From a virus: 64,000 nucleotides of DNA. The notes beneath the pieces are model-generated. The model was not told the DNA's origin. It ran no database searches and was given only the letters and a program-made list of their open reading frames with translations. Shown one piece after another: positions 50,801-60,402 of this stretch (its first letter is position 1; every line of letters starts with the position of its first letter). The stretch is from IMG/VR virus record IMGVR_UViG_3300037070_001066, positions 32,001 to 96,000 of that record; one strand, 5' to 3'. The translations under genes and the position numbers were made by a program.

Positions 50801-50989
50801 ACTTTGATCAAGATTTACAGAAGTCTCTCCTTGCTCAACTAATGAATCTTCACCTAAAGGAATTCCTGAATGTGGGTTAGACTCATGACTTCCACCGACA
50901 TTATATGTAGTAAAAGGCCCTCCATTATCATATGTCTTTCTAGGATTTAGATAATCATTATATTTGTCTTTAATGTTATTATTCTGCAT
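47873..50989 (-). CDS. virion cargo protein with membrane segments and internal zincin-like motif
   Basis: GGSHE.NP..GI, VE.GET, FSDR motifs of crAss cargo proteins; GA.AG...GPWGAA.GA..GG segment; HEIAH...E.Y. Confidence 0.7.
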   Translation of the reverse strand: MQNNNIKDKYNDYLNPRKTYDNGGPFTTYNVGGSHESNPHSGIPLGEDSLVEQGETSVNLDQSGVPTEKPTGSKYIFSDRQVWSPEEIKAAGLPSSRVPVTAGEYMGKLSGKFKDKAGSKADKETLDAFTKRATQLAEQKRIQQEQLEQAMQMNSQQVAPENTEVPEGMEEYAGEQQSFDNGGSYGSMFSSMYDQSKSMPQSIEAPAMPTSLTGSGAGAAAGGADATSGMLSGAGSYMKAAGTAFDLYNTAKTGNTSPKAGSAIASGAVQGASAGMMFGPWGAAAGAVIGGASGYFGSQKAKKNIAEGQDMLINKVNAGMPNSSAWTGIGGPAEERVAAMGGYITHKPSKYASGGKVTSEDDTNTVQRGADALQVSSKLLNRGVLSKFPGNVGSMYGIYDSYNNNKSYNPADIIGILPGGVPQMLSETIDQGSREKRMIDEYAKKARKINPKIELKERYSTVKDSFADGGHINPPKYNANDFYNKPNDILGVNKMSRPTLPQEYGMYAIPSTTGIVQATASGTRKEPRRIGLNEKIKPYTGNDQEVISARNNIQNWYNNPETRRRFTQNTGMDSNVLNPLIAHGLNVPISAGTPGDGTQAQFSRYPNENTVFEKGAGKGVVDHEIAHGMGVDSILGPATQKVLGSPYDQKVKNAKRDVKRYMQTPEETYGNFHQFRTKLGLKPGEVIKDGADLEARTKAAGAESENFYRTYDNDNIVKAVNTIAQNKDKTTPTYAKNGGLIKKKYLGGGKYGEEGILTDKGITDDLASQYLNRNTLQNDFGNISANASNPNASSFLGENAGDLKGAANSAMRLYPAISNYIERDKITKPTGTYSARLNDAYNVPQVDEARAMRDINAAYNNKYRALGQMGGSQAQQRAAMLGIGAQQNEAISKTQEGLENIRINRAMQEQQYKSQIAQYNAGKSDYDRETYDKDIANYDSQRSKFTSQIGNDIGAIGLENDRMDQVANMYGYDRRGNYLVNKKTGKVATPEEISKMKEAALGKTPPTLKAGDKYLNAEGKEVTVSAYGGFLTRRSYGK

Positions 50990-51626
50990 TTGCTAAATAT
51001 ATAAAATTAGTATTATTTTTTCTAGAACCACTTAATTTTCTAGACATATTTTTTGGATTTAAATTATTTTCAATACAACATTCGCTTAAAGAATTCCATA
51101 TTTTTTTGGTGTCCAAGCATATTACTTGTTTAGATGCTGGATTATCCTTTCCAGTTTTTCCATACATTCCATTTTTATCTCCTTTTTTTGCTTCAGATAT
51201 ATTTTTACGAACATCTATTGTTCTTTCTGGTCTTTTTTTACCTTTTCTTGATAAACTCATTTTTTCACAACACTCTTTTGATCTTTTTTTCCCTTTATTA
51301 GAATTACTTATTTTTAATCTAGACTCTTCACTTAATCTAATTGGTAAAATATCTGTTTCTGTTAAAACGCAGTTTAATCCATTTTCACTTAAAACATTGT
51401 AATAGTCTTGCCAATATCTTTCTTTAATGTTTAAATCATCAAAAATACATTCATCAATAAATTCAAAAACATGATTATCGTATCCATATTTGTATAAAGA
51501 GCTATACAATTTAGGTTGACCTTTACAACTTAAGTTTTTATAATATGAAATCCTCTTTTCATAATTAGAACTTTGTCCTATATATATCTTTCCAGATGGA
51601 CTTGTTATTTTATATATCCCTATCAT
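50979..51626 (-). mobile_element. free-standing GIY-YIG homing endonuclease (start ATG 51626)
   Basis: MIGIYKITSPSGKIYIGQS; close paralog of 2792-3382; NUMOD repeats. Confidence 0.9.
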
Positions 51627-51642
51627 ATTAATATATTTATAC

Positions 51643-51679
51643 AAAAAATGGGAAGAAAGTTTTTAGCTCTCCCCCCATT
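51643..51679 (-). terminator. intrinsic terminator/attenuator hairpin
   Basis: Minus strand aatggggggagag-ctaaaaa-ctttcttcccatt-tttt; 13-bp stem with G-U pairs that form only on the minus strand. Confidence 0.65.
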
Positions 51680-51707
51680 GTATTTGGTTGTTTAGTAAGT
51701 TGTTCTG

Positions 51708-51739
51708 CAAAGATAATACATTTTTGTTTGCAAACCAAA
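51708..51739 (-). promoter_or_regulatory. Bacteroidota sigmaA consensus promoter
   Basis: Minus strand TTTG-N20-TATCTTTG, a perfect consensus match. Confidence 0.75.
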
Positions 51740-51784
51740 CTTTTTAGGAGTTATTTTATTATAAAATATTTGATAACGCATTAA

Positions 51785-54700
51785 TTACACAGTATAGTAC
51801 ACGTTTAGTGGGTGTAAAATCAACTTATAATCAATATTACCAGGATTATTATAGGTTTGATCAAAGTCAATTTCTAATTTAATCCATGGAGCTCTTATTC
51901 TATTACGTCCTTCTCTAGGTATTAATGCATTCCAATCTCTAAACTTACGTCTAAGATTATTATTACGTCCTAATATTAAGTCCTCATATCCTGAATCTTG
52001 ATAATCATTATATGCTCGTATATGAGATATTGTTTTGTCAGGAGCGTCTAACCCACTAAATGTATTATATACCTCAGATTTGAAATTGATATTATCAAAT
52101 ACACAATCTAAAAGTGGTTCTGGATTCACATTGAATATAACAGAAGATTTATACTTAGTTCCAAAGAACTCATTATAGTTTCCTTCATATTGTCTATACA
52201 ATCTTAAGTCAGTTGGATCAATTGCTATTAATACAGATCCTTTACTTATATACATTGTAGGTAGATAATCATAGAATGATACAAATGATGCAGACTTCTC
52301 ATTATAAGACAACGTAAAGTCTAGTCCATTAGGTTGATGAAATGTCATCAGTACATCATCATTGATATAATCATACCCAGAAGATATACCATCTAGCAAT
52401 AAAGGATTATCTGTTTTAAGCTCATTTGCGACCACATTATTTAAAAAGAATGTATGGAGACCTTTTATATCAGATAGTGGCTCTATGCCACCTTTAAATA
52501 CCTGAAACGACTGGTTTAACGTATCATAGTAGTATACACCTGAAGGCGCGACTACAACTCCCCATTTATTTAATGTTCCAGAGTTAGTTGAAGCATAACT
52601 ATAGTTGTTCAGAACTTGACCTGTACCTAACTCAATTGCAAGACCATCTTGACCTTGAACTTGAACTCTAGGATTAATAGATAAGAAAGCAAATGCTTTA
52701 TCTTGTAACGCATATAAGTAGTCATTGAAGCTAATCAATGCATTAATAGCTCCATATTTACCATCTAAAGTTAATACTTCATTTTGCAATATATCTGTCC
52801 AACTATCAATTATTTCTCCTGCAGACTTCTCTTTAGACGCAATTACATTAGTGTCAAATCCATCTACCTTCTTAACATTGAAATCTAACTCTCGTTTTGA
52901 TATCAGGTTAGGTAATTGTGAATAAACTTTATTGTATTTATGATATTCAGCATCTAAATAATGAAATTTACTATCCCATGTTGTGAAACTTGCATCGTTT
53001 CTATTCTTCATATCTACAGTAGATTCTGAAGCAAACTCAACTATCTCTTGCCATGATGGAACACCTTGTGAGAATGTAGCAGGAGTCTTAGGAATAACTC
53101 TAAGGAATTTAAAGAAGTTTACGAATGTATCTCCAGGTGAAACGATTAAGTTTACAGGAGTTAATTCATCAAAGTTTTTAAAATCCCCTATCTCTATATA
53201 TTTAGTTCTTTTCTTATCTTCCCAACTGTTACCTCCATATATATTACCTAAATATATTTGATCTCTTGGCTTTATAATTTCACCTACAATTCCTAAATTT
53301 GTTATACCTGATCCAAATGCAGCATCTGTAAATAAGTTTTCAGCTAATGGCCTGTCATACCAGTTAGTTGCTGTAGGAGTTTTATCTAATACAAATGTTA
53401 TACATCTGTTATTGTCACTATTCCCTGAAATTATAGCTCTACCATATTTACCTCCTTCTGCATAATAATTATTTTTATCTGAGCGTATGTCTAGAAATGT
53501 GTTAATATACTTATACTTAGAATCACCATTGTATGACGTCACATTCTGCCCTTTAACGGTCAATTCTGGCGTCCCATATATATTATATACACTTTGTGTA
53601 GTTGATGGCTTAAACGCGTCCGTAGGAGGTGCAGGAGCCGCTAATGTAGCTGATATCGCATTGTTAATTGAGTCAACACCTACTAACATAGGAGATCCAC
53701 TTACATCTCTGATTTCTGCATGTATATCTACATCGAAGACCATGTCAGCAGTTGGTACAATTTTAAAGTAATAATGATATTCTTTATAGATTCCACCAAA
53801 GTCTGGTTGATCTATTATAGGTAATGATACAACTGAGTTGCCTACACCAGTAAATGATGCTAAAACATTGTTTCCTTCAGAGTCAGCACATATAGCTGCA
53901 GTATAACTTATTGCTCCATTAGTTGGAGTTAATGTATATGTAAGTACAAATTCTCTATCATTATCAACTGCAATAAAAGTTATATCTCTATTGTTAGATT
54001 GAAATCTAATAGCTTCTGCAGGATAAGGAGGAATTGCTGGCATTGGCGGACTTGGAGGAACTGTAGACAATACAAATGGAACCAAGAATGAAACTATGTA
54101 GTTGTTTGCAGTAAATGTGTCATTAATGGAAACATTGCCATAACCTCTATACCAACTCAAAAATGCAACCCTATTTGGATCACTTCCTGCAGGATGACAT
54201 ATAAGACCTAAATTTGTAGGAGATTCTCCATTACCAGTTATTGTGACTTTTGTATCTGCATATGTTAAAGACAATCCATTAAGTCCTTTACCTTCGTCTA
54301 TAAGCTCTTGATTCTCTTTAAATGACTTACCCCATACAGCATTATATTTATTTTCAAGACCACCTTTCATTCTAAATTGATATCCCTGACTTAATTGAAT
54401 AGATTCGTTAAATACAATTTCTGGAGAGTATAGTTGATACATTGCATTATACTGGTAAAATCTACCCCTAGTATCATCGTCTCCTTGATTAGCTCTTTGA
54501 ATTTCATTGTCAGTACTCATTTTCACATTACACATTTCTTGTAAGTTTTGAGAAAGTTCTAGTGGTCTTGTGTTAGACCCAAAATGTCTGCTAAAGTCAT
54601 TAAAGAAAGGGCCTATATTTCTAAATAGAATGTTAGGAAGTTTTGGTATAGAGTCGGCTTTAGTTTTTAAATATGTAAGGTCAGCTGCATTTGGTAGATT

Positions 54701-56383
54701 GACATTTTTAGTGTTTTTGTCATTAATCATAACTGGAGTTACAAGTCCATTAGCCACAATAGTCTTATCATTAACAGTTCTTTCTGCAATTAAAACTCTA
54801 TAACCTACTGGCTTATCGTATTCAGTTTCAAAGTTACTAGCGTCGTTTAGCCAAACGAAAAATTCTGGTTTGAGTGTAAATATCAAAGCATTATAAAAAC
54901 CTCTTAAATTGCCCTCTCTGGCCTTGAAATCAGCTACCCAACTAGGTAGCGAGTATTGTCCAAATCCATTTACAAATTCTATTCCTAATCTATATATCTC
55001 ATCATCCTTAAAGTATCTTGCATCTGCGCTATACACAGTTGTTTGATGAAGCTCATATTTTAAATACAAACCTTCTCCTCCAAACGTTATACCATTCTTT
55101 TGAAACTTATATATACTATAGTCTAGATTGACAGAATCATTCTTTTCATCTGGTCCTAGAAATGTACTTGGATTAACAACTGTAGGATCGCCTGTAAGGC
55201 CTCCTACATCTGGTGTAAGATCTCCAGGTAACCATAACTTTACATTGTCATAAACTGTAGATAATCCTCCTGCGGTAAAGCTATATGCTCTTGTATCTAA
55301 ATTAACATCATAATTTCTTTCCTCATAGTTAGCTAAAAACATTCTATTGTCTTTAGAGTTAATATGTCTTGGTATAAGTATATCAGATCCAAGGAAAAGA
55401 AACTCTTCTAGTGATATTGATGTTATAACATTACCATCATCAAACACTTCTATTTCTCTAGATGAAGGAACTTCTCTGTCATCTATAATAGATATTGTAG
55501 GAGATTGATTGTATGAAGTATATTTAATTGCGTATACTTTTATATGTGTGTAGTCTTCATCTATATCTCTAATTGAAACTACTGGAGTAGATCCTACAAC
55601 TTCGTTTAAAGCACCACCACCTAATGCATCTTTATCTAAAGACACTAATTGACTAAGCGGACTTAATCTAGTTTGAGATGAGTTAACTCTATATAAGTTG
55701 TAAGCATATTGTATCATACCTGCAGTATGTATACCTCCAGTAAGTATTCTAACTATAATTGGTTGTGACACATCATATTGTCCTACCATGTCAATAGTAG
55801 TTAAAGATACGTCTATTAAATTCTCTAGATCTTCGTTCTCAATAGAATGCTCTATGTTAATGAATCTCATTTGATGAACTCCATCTACCCAATATACTTT
55901 ATCTATCGCTTTGTTTTCAAAGTTGTTTATAGCTTGAATAGGATAGTCTCTTTTAAATCCCATACTTCTTAAATATAGAAGAGTGATCTCATATCCAGGT
56001 TTCTCTATATCTATTTTCCAGATACAATCAAAGCCATTCTCATCAGATGTGAATAGTATTGCATAATGTCTTGTAGTAGTGTGCCCTATAATGTATTGAG
56101 GTCCTGACGAACCTGTTAAATCATCTAATTCATCTGTTGTAAATGGCAATTCTTCATCTAAGTATGTTATTTTACTATTTGTATGGTCTACTGTAACTAT
56201 TGGTATGGTGTAAATAAACTTGTTGCCTTTCTCATTTGATATTGCACCTGTAGATTGAGAATCTGTTGCTACAATCCTTATGTTTTTACCTTCGAAATAG
56301 AAGTTACTTCTAAATAGAGATTGGGCAACATCTTGATTCATCCCTTGGTAATTAAATTGTGTTGCTTTATTTGCCATCTTCAA
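51785..56383 (-). CDS. tail stabilization/muzzle protein (crAss; P22 gp10-like)
   Basis: 1532 aa; GMNQD...NIRI, YWVDG, K..GE..DSWT, LDG.YG.I, RKFR.W. Confidence 0.85.
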   Translation of the reverse strand: MKMANKATQFNYQGMNQDVAQSLFRSNFYFEGKNIRIVATDSQSTGAISNEKGNKFIYTIPIVTVDHTNSKITYLDEELPFTTDELDDLTGSSGPQYIIGHTTTRHYAILFTSDENGFDCIWKIDIEKPGYEITLLYLRSMGFKRDYPIQAINNFENKAIDKVYWVDGVHQMRFINIEHSIENEDLENLIDVSLTTIDMVGQYDVSQPIIVRILTGGIHTAGMIQYAYNLYRVNSSQTRLSPLSQLVSLDKDALGGGALNEVVGSTPVVSIRDIDEDYTHIKVYAIKYTSYNQSPTISIIDDREVPSSREIEVFDDGNVITSISLEEFLFLGSDILIPRHINSKDNRMFLANYEERNYDVNLDTRAYSFTAGGLSTVYDNVKLWLPGDLTPDVGGLTGDPTVVNPSTFLGPDEKNDSVNLDYSIYKFQKNGITFGGEGLYLKYELHQTTVYSADARYFKDDEIYRLGIEFVNGFGQYSLPSWVADFKAREGNLRGFYNALIFTLKPEFFVWLNDASNFETEYDKPVGYRVLIAERTVNDKTIVANGLVTPVMINDKNTKNVNLPNAADLTYLKTKADSIPKLPNILFRNIGPFFNDFSRHFGSNTRPLELSQNLQEMCNVKMSTDNEIQRANQGDDDTRGRFYQYNAMYQLYSPEIVFNESIQLSQGYQFRMKGGLENKYNAVWGKSFKENQELIDEGKGLNGLSLTYADTKVTITGNGESPTNLGLICHPAGSDPNRVAFLSWYRGYGNVSINDTFTANNYIVSFLVPFVLSTVPPSPPMPAIPPYPAEAIRFQSNNRDITFIAVDNDREFVLTYTLTPTNGAISYTAAICADSEGNNVLASFTGVGNSVVSLPIIDQPDFGGIYKEYHYYFKIVPTADMVFDVDIHAEIRDVSGSPMLVGVDSINNAISATLAAPAPPTDAFKPSTTQSVYNIYGTPELTVKGQNVTSYNGDSKYKYINTFLDIRSDKNNYYAEGGKYGRAIISGNSDNNRCITFVLDKTPTATNWYDRPLAENLFTDAAFGSGITNLGIVGEIIKPRDQIYLGNIYGGNSWEDKKRTKYIEIGDFKNFDELTPVNLIVSPGDTFVNFFKFLRVIPKTPATFSQGVPSWQEIVEFASESTVDMKNRNDASFTTWDSKFHYLDAEYHKYNKVYSQLPNLISKRELDFNVKKVDGFDTNVIASKEKSAGEIIDSWTDILQNEVLTLDGKYGAINALISFNDYLYALQDKAFAFLSINPRVQVQGQDGLAIELGTGQVLNNYSYASTNSGTLNKWGVVVAPSGVYYYDTLNQSFQVFKGGIEPLSDIKGLHTFFLNNVVANELKTDNPLLLDGISSGYDYINDDVLMTFHQPNGLDFTLSYNEKSASFVSFYDYLPTMYISKGSVLIAIDPTDLRLYRQYEGNYNEFFGTKYKSSVIFNVNPEPLLDCVFDNINFKSEVYNTFSGLDAPDKTISHIRAYNDYQDSGYEDLILGRNNNLRRKFRDWNALIPREGRNRIRAPWIKLEIDFDQTYNNPGNIDYKLILHPLNVYYTV

Positions 56384-56398
56384 AATGTATAAATATTA

Positions 56399-57160
56399 TC
56401 ATCGGAATTTTCTAAGGCGTTCCTTCTCACCCATTTTTTTGTAAAAGTTTTCGTGCATTGTTGTATTAAGAATAAGCCTATTGATACCATTCATGATAGA
56501 TTCCATTCCATCGTAGTTTGGCATTTGCAATGATGTGTAAGCTGAAGGCATGTAGAAGTATCTCTTTTGTTGTATGTATTCAAAAGCCTTGTCAGTTATT
56601 TTGCCCATCAACCATACTGGTTCTAAGTATCTTGATAATATATAGTATTCCATTGCTAGAGCCACCTTCTCATTATCAGGTATAAGTGGGAATCCATCTT
56701 CATCTGTAGCAAGACCTTTATAAGCCATCTCTATACAACCATCTCTCATAGATGTAAAGATAACTCCATTCTGAAGTTTATATGTGAACTCAGCTCTTCT
56801 ATGATTTCCTCTTAAATTGAACTCAGTATCTTGTTCACCTGCATGTTCCATTGGATCAAAGTGATAGATATCCGTAGCTTCTCTCATTGCTATAAATCTA
56901 GACGCATGAGACGTTTCTGGCTCACTGGTGTCAAGATAACGTACTCCATCTACTTTAAGTATATCGCATGGAATTGGTGCCTTATAATTGACTAAATCAA
57001 CTGAATAAAGCTTGTTTTCTTGTGCCGCTGGAGCTCCTAATAGTTTTAAGAATTCCATTGCATATTCTGCTGCTTCTTCATATGTTAGTTCCTCACATAA
57101 TCCATGCTTCATTACTTTCCACATTATTGTACCTAATGAGGTATAATGTCCATTTGTCAT
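56399..57160 (-). CDS. tail tubular/ring protein (crAss)
   Basis: Y....P.D, YK.Q...IFTS..DG..E..Y....TDE.G.PLIPD; synteny with crAss tail module. Confidence 0.75.
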   Translation of the reverse strand: MTNGHYTSLGTIMWKVMKHGLCEELTYEEAAEYAMEFLKLLGAPAAQENKLYSVDLVNYKAPIPCDILKVDGVRYLDTSEPETSHASRFIAMREATDIYHFDPMEHAGEQDTEFNLRGNHRRAEFTYKLQNGVIFTSMRDGCIEMAYKGLATDEDGFPLIPDNEKVALAMEYYILSRYLEPVWLMGKITDKAFEYIQQKRYFYMPSAYTSLQMPNYDGMESIMNGINRLILNTTMHENFYKKMGEKERLRKFR

Positions 57161-57179
57161 TGTATTATTTATTTAGTTG

Positions 57180-57698
57180 TTAATATAGAAGAAACGAGTC
57201 ATATTTATCTTTATCTTCATCCTTTATTCTTTTAGCTAATCTCCTTGAAAAGTATCTAGAAGATTTATAACTATAGTATTTCTTATTCATAAAAGGATAT
57301 ACATTCTTTTTAAATGATACTTTGAAGACATATTTAGATGTATGGTTGTTTAGATACCTAACAAGAAGCTTCTTTTCTTTAGCCTCTTCATCTTCATCCC
57401 ATAGTTTGTTAGTAGCAACCCAGTCAACTGGTGTAGGATTATACAACTTACCATCTTTAATCCTAGGAACACTTTTAGTTTTCTTTATAGATAGTGTAGC
57501 TCCAACATGTGGTAAGGCATACTCTAAATTATTCTCTATAATAAGGTCAATAAGTCCTATATTAAATTTACTAACTATCTCAGAGAACTCTCCTTTAGAT
57601 ATCTTTATTCCAGGATTATCCTTCTTAAAGAACTTATAGTAGTCTCTCATGCCATAATGTACAGGTATCTTACCTTCTGTTCGTTTGTTCTTGCTCAT
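57180..57698 (-). CDS. IHF/HU-like protein of the crAss tail module
   Basis: F..I...FN..L...I......LP..G...I.K; VDW.AT..LW; basic protein; synteny. Confidence 0.7.
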   Translation of the reverse strand: MSKNKRTEGKIPVHYGMRDYYKFFKKDNPGIKISKGEFSEIVSKFNIGLIDLIIENNLEYALPHVGATLSIKKTKSVPRIKDGKLYNPTPVDWVATNKLWDEDEEAKEKKLLVRYLNNHTSKYVFKVSFKKNVYPFMNKKYYSYKSSRYFSRRLAKRIKDEDKDKYDSFLLY

Positions 57699-58371
57699 CG
57701 TCTGAATCGTTTTCTCTGTCTTGAGGCGTATTAACGCTTATTGTAAGTTCTTTTATGATTTCAGCTTTAATGAAATCTATATAGTGTGGTTGTAATGGAT
57801 AGTTTGTTGTATACATATCATAACACGGTTTAGCATCATCACATCCACAACATGTACTATAATCCATCAATGCCAAAGGATCTTCAAATATTCCTGTAAC
57901 AGTTACGCATTCAATTAAGTTTAACTCTGCTTGTTTACCAACTATATAAATATACATATCATTATCTAAGAATGCATATACAGTATTGAATGGAGAGTAC
58001 TTGCTATACACGGCTTTCTGTTTAGTTGTAAAGCTAAAAGGAACTGCTAGTCTAGTAGTCGGTTTAATGGCAATTATAGCTGATTTAAGGTGCAAATCTA
58101 ATGGAGTTGGTATTTTATCTACAGTTCTTAAAATAGTCTCGCAATCGTACTCTAAACCACATTCATTGGCAGATACAACTTCAGTTGCCATACAGAGTGT
58201 TTGTGTTACAGATATATCTGTAGTATGTTGGTAATTGTTAAGATCTTGTCTTAGATATCTAGCTCTCTTTATATTATATAGATGTATAATATATCTATCG
58301 TCTATATCTCCATCATCTGAAAACTGTCTTAATTGTTCACGGACATCGTAAACGATTCTTTCTATGATCAT
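57670..58371 (-). CDS. tail ring/adaptor structural protein (crAss)
   Basis: SDD.D....I......RA..L.Q, Q.LC, GIFEDP, YP; synteny. Confidence 0.7.
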   Translation of the reverse strand: MIIERIVYDVREQLRQFSDDGDIDDRYIIHLYNIKRARYLRQDLNNYQHTTDISVTQTLCMATEVVSANECGLEYDCETILRTVDKIPTPLDLHLKSAIIAIKPTTRLAVPFSFTTKQKAVYSKYSPFNTVYAFLDNDMYIYIVGKQAELNLIECVTVTGIFEDPLALMDYSTCCGCDDAKPCYDMYTTNYPLQPHYIDFIKAEIIKELTISVNTPQDRENDSDDEQEQTNRR

Positions 58372-58384
58372 ATTTATTTAAATT

Positions 58385-58418
58385 AAAAAAGCTCCCCAAC
58401 ATTTGAGTCAAGAAGCTT
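58385..58418 (-). terminator. intrinsic terminator after exonuclease gene
   Basis: Minus strand aagcttcttgac-tcaaat-gttggggagctt-tttt. Confidence 0.6.
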
Positions 58419-58424
58419 TATATA

Positions 58425-59351
58425 TTATTGGTTTGATTTATATTTTAAATAACTTGTATTTGACATATTAAAATATTGTCCAGTTTCAAGATCTTTCATT
58501 GTATGTTTAATAGTTCCTGCAGGTGTAGTAGCTACACTTATGTGTTCTAAATTACTAGTTCCACTATATGGAGAAGTTTCTTTAGACCTTTCATTCAATA
58601 CTCCTGCATGATAATAAGGACCTTCATGATACATTAATTTGCAGTAAACTTTCTCAAGTAGCTCTACATCTTTATTACAATACTCAATCATCTTATTTAA
58701 AGCATCATCTGATTTTCTAAGAATAATATCATCCCATAAAGACATATCTGTTTTAATCTTATTACCAAATCCTAAGAACTCAGAAATGTAATCAAGTTTA
58801 TTTGAATTGAAGTTAAACTTACGTCTACATACTTTTAATGTATCAAACTGCTTGTAATCAATCTTCATTGGAATATTGTGTAGTAATGCTCTTGTTCTAA
58901 TCCAAGGTAGATCATATCCATCTCCATTATGAGCTACAATAAGATCTGCTTTATTTAGAACTTCAACAAATCTTTCTACTAATATAGCATCATCTTGTTT
59001 ACTATTCCACGCAATTGAGTGAACTTTATCTTCACCTAACCATTTATATGATACACATATAATCTTACGTTCACTTATAATGTCACCTGGTTGTATAGTC
59101 ATATTATAACCCACTCTCCAAGACTTTACAATATTATAAGAAGTTTCAATATCATAGAATAACACCTTAAGTTTTTCTATAGGAGAATATCCTTTTTTAA
59201 ATTCTGCATTCACTTCTCTCAAAGCTGTTTTACAGTTATTTGTAGTGGTAGTAAATCCTTTATTATTTAGATGGTTTCTTAATCTCTTAGATCCTTCTTT
59301 CAAATAGCCTGGCTTATTCCTTAAAAATTCCTTAATTTCATTCAGTTCCAT
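58425..59351 (-). CDS. RNase H-fold 3'-5' exonuclease (DEDD, PolB-exo-like); likely start ATG 59351
   Basis: FYDIETS, AHNGD.YD, DTLK, SNKLDY, YC.KDV; promoter lies at 59372-59406. Confidence 0.85.
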   Translation of the reverse strand: MELNEIKEFLRNKPGYLKEGSKRLRNHLNNKGFTTTTNNCKTALREVNAEFKKGYSPIEKLKVLFYDIETSYNIVKSWRVGYNMTIQPGDIISERKIICVSYKWLGEDKVHSIAWNSKQDDAILVERFVEVLNKADLIVAHNGDGYDLPWIRTRALLHNIPMKIDYKQFDTLKVCRRKFNFNSNKLDYISEFLGFGNKIKTDMSLWDDIILRKSDDALNKMIEYCNKDVELLEKVYCKLMYHEGPYYHAGVLNERSKETSPYSGTSNLEHISVATTPAGTIKHTMKDLETGQYFNMSNTSYLKYKSNQ

Positions 59352-59371
59352 ATGTTTATTTTTTAAGATAA

Positions 59372-59406
59372 ATGTAAATATACGAAATATATTTAACATA
59401 TGCAAA
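59372..59406 (-). promoter_or_regulatory. promoter upstream of exonuclease gene
   Basis: TTTGCATA-N15-GTATATTTACAT. Confidence 0.65.
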
Positions 59407-59422
59407 TATTTGCTTACTTATT

Positions 59423-60385
59423 TTAACAATAAGCTGTTTCTAAAATATTACCACTAGCATCAACTCTGAAACTTTGCATTGTAGTTATACAGCTATGCCA
59501 TCTATTGTCGCCACCTCCATTAAATCCAACATGTAAAGCGAAATCTGTACAAATTCTGTTTCCTACATATAAAACTCCTTCTGAATTTGGTGTAGAACAA
59601 TACCACACTCCTGTTTGAGTGCTATCACAATAATGTAAAGTAGTACTTGATCCACCATGATTATATACTCCTACTCCACAAGTAGCAGAATCTGTAACAT
59701 ATCCATTAACTATTTTCCATAAGTAACCAGTACTTATATCTTTATACCAGTTTTGTTGTAATTCATCTTGACCAAAAGGTATCGTAAATGCGGCATCATG
59801 AAATACTTTTTTAGTAATTCCTAATTCAGGAGAAGGAGAATAACCTATTGGCATAACTTGAGTTTCTGTACAAGCTTCTACAGGATCAGAATATCCAAAT
59901 CCAAATCCAGTTTGATATACTAGACATGAAAATTCAGCTAAAACCAATCCATCATCATTTACATAATATGACTTCCGTTGAGGGACAGCTTGAAACCAAG
60001 TTCCATCTCCAAACAAAGGACCTGTTAAATTGCTATTATGATATAATATTGTTGTGTTTACTACTATAGTAGGTGTGCTAGTATATAAAACCATTGTTGG
60101 CTCTAAAAATTCACAAGCTTCCCATTCACTACCTATTCCATTAACTGGAGTAAAGTCCCATTTAGTCAAACCTACTGCTACATCAATATAATTTGTACAA
60201 TTACCCGCTGATTTAATTCTAACATAATTTGAAAAATCAGGAACAACTGATGAAGTATATCCTGCAACCAAAGAAGATTTAGGAACGCCTGTTGCAAAAG
60301 CAGTAGTATATCCATCTAAATTAGAATACAAATTAAAAGGACCTACGTCTGTTCCTGCAGCTGTTAATGTTATTATTGCTGTCAT
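59423..60385 (-). CDS. putative virion surface protein with three Cys-bracketed tandem repeats
   Basis: N-terminal I.LT.AG.D.GPF.LYS beta domain followed by three ~70-aa repeats. Confidence 0.6.
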   Translation of the reverse strand: MTAIITLTAAGTDVGPFNLYSNLDGYTTAFATGVPKSSLVAGYTSSVVPDFSNYVRIKSAGNCTNYIDVAVGLTKWDFTPVNGIGSEWEACEFLEPTMVLYTSTPTIVVNTTILYHNSNLTGPLFGDGTWFQAVPQRKSYYVNDDGLVLAEFSCLVYQTGFGFGYSDPVEACTETQVMPIGYSPSPELGITKKVFHDAAFTIPFGQDELQQNWYKDISTGYLWKIVNGYVTDSATCGVGVYNHGGSSTTLHYCDSTQTGVWYCSTPNSEGVLYVGNRICTDFALHVGFNGGGDNRWHSCITTMQSFRVDASGNILETAYC

Positions 60386-60402
60386 AGTTTAAATTTTTTT
60401 TA

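Noticed and set aside
58425-59405. DNA polymerase gene
   Set aside because: Only a stand-alone DEDD exonuclease domain is present, with no polymerase motifs; the replicative polymerase is presumably outside the window
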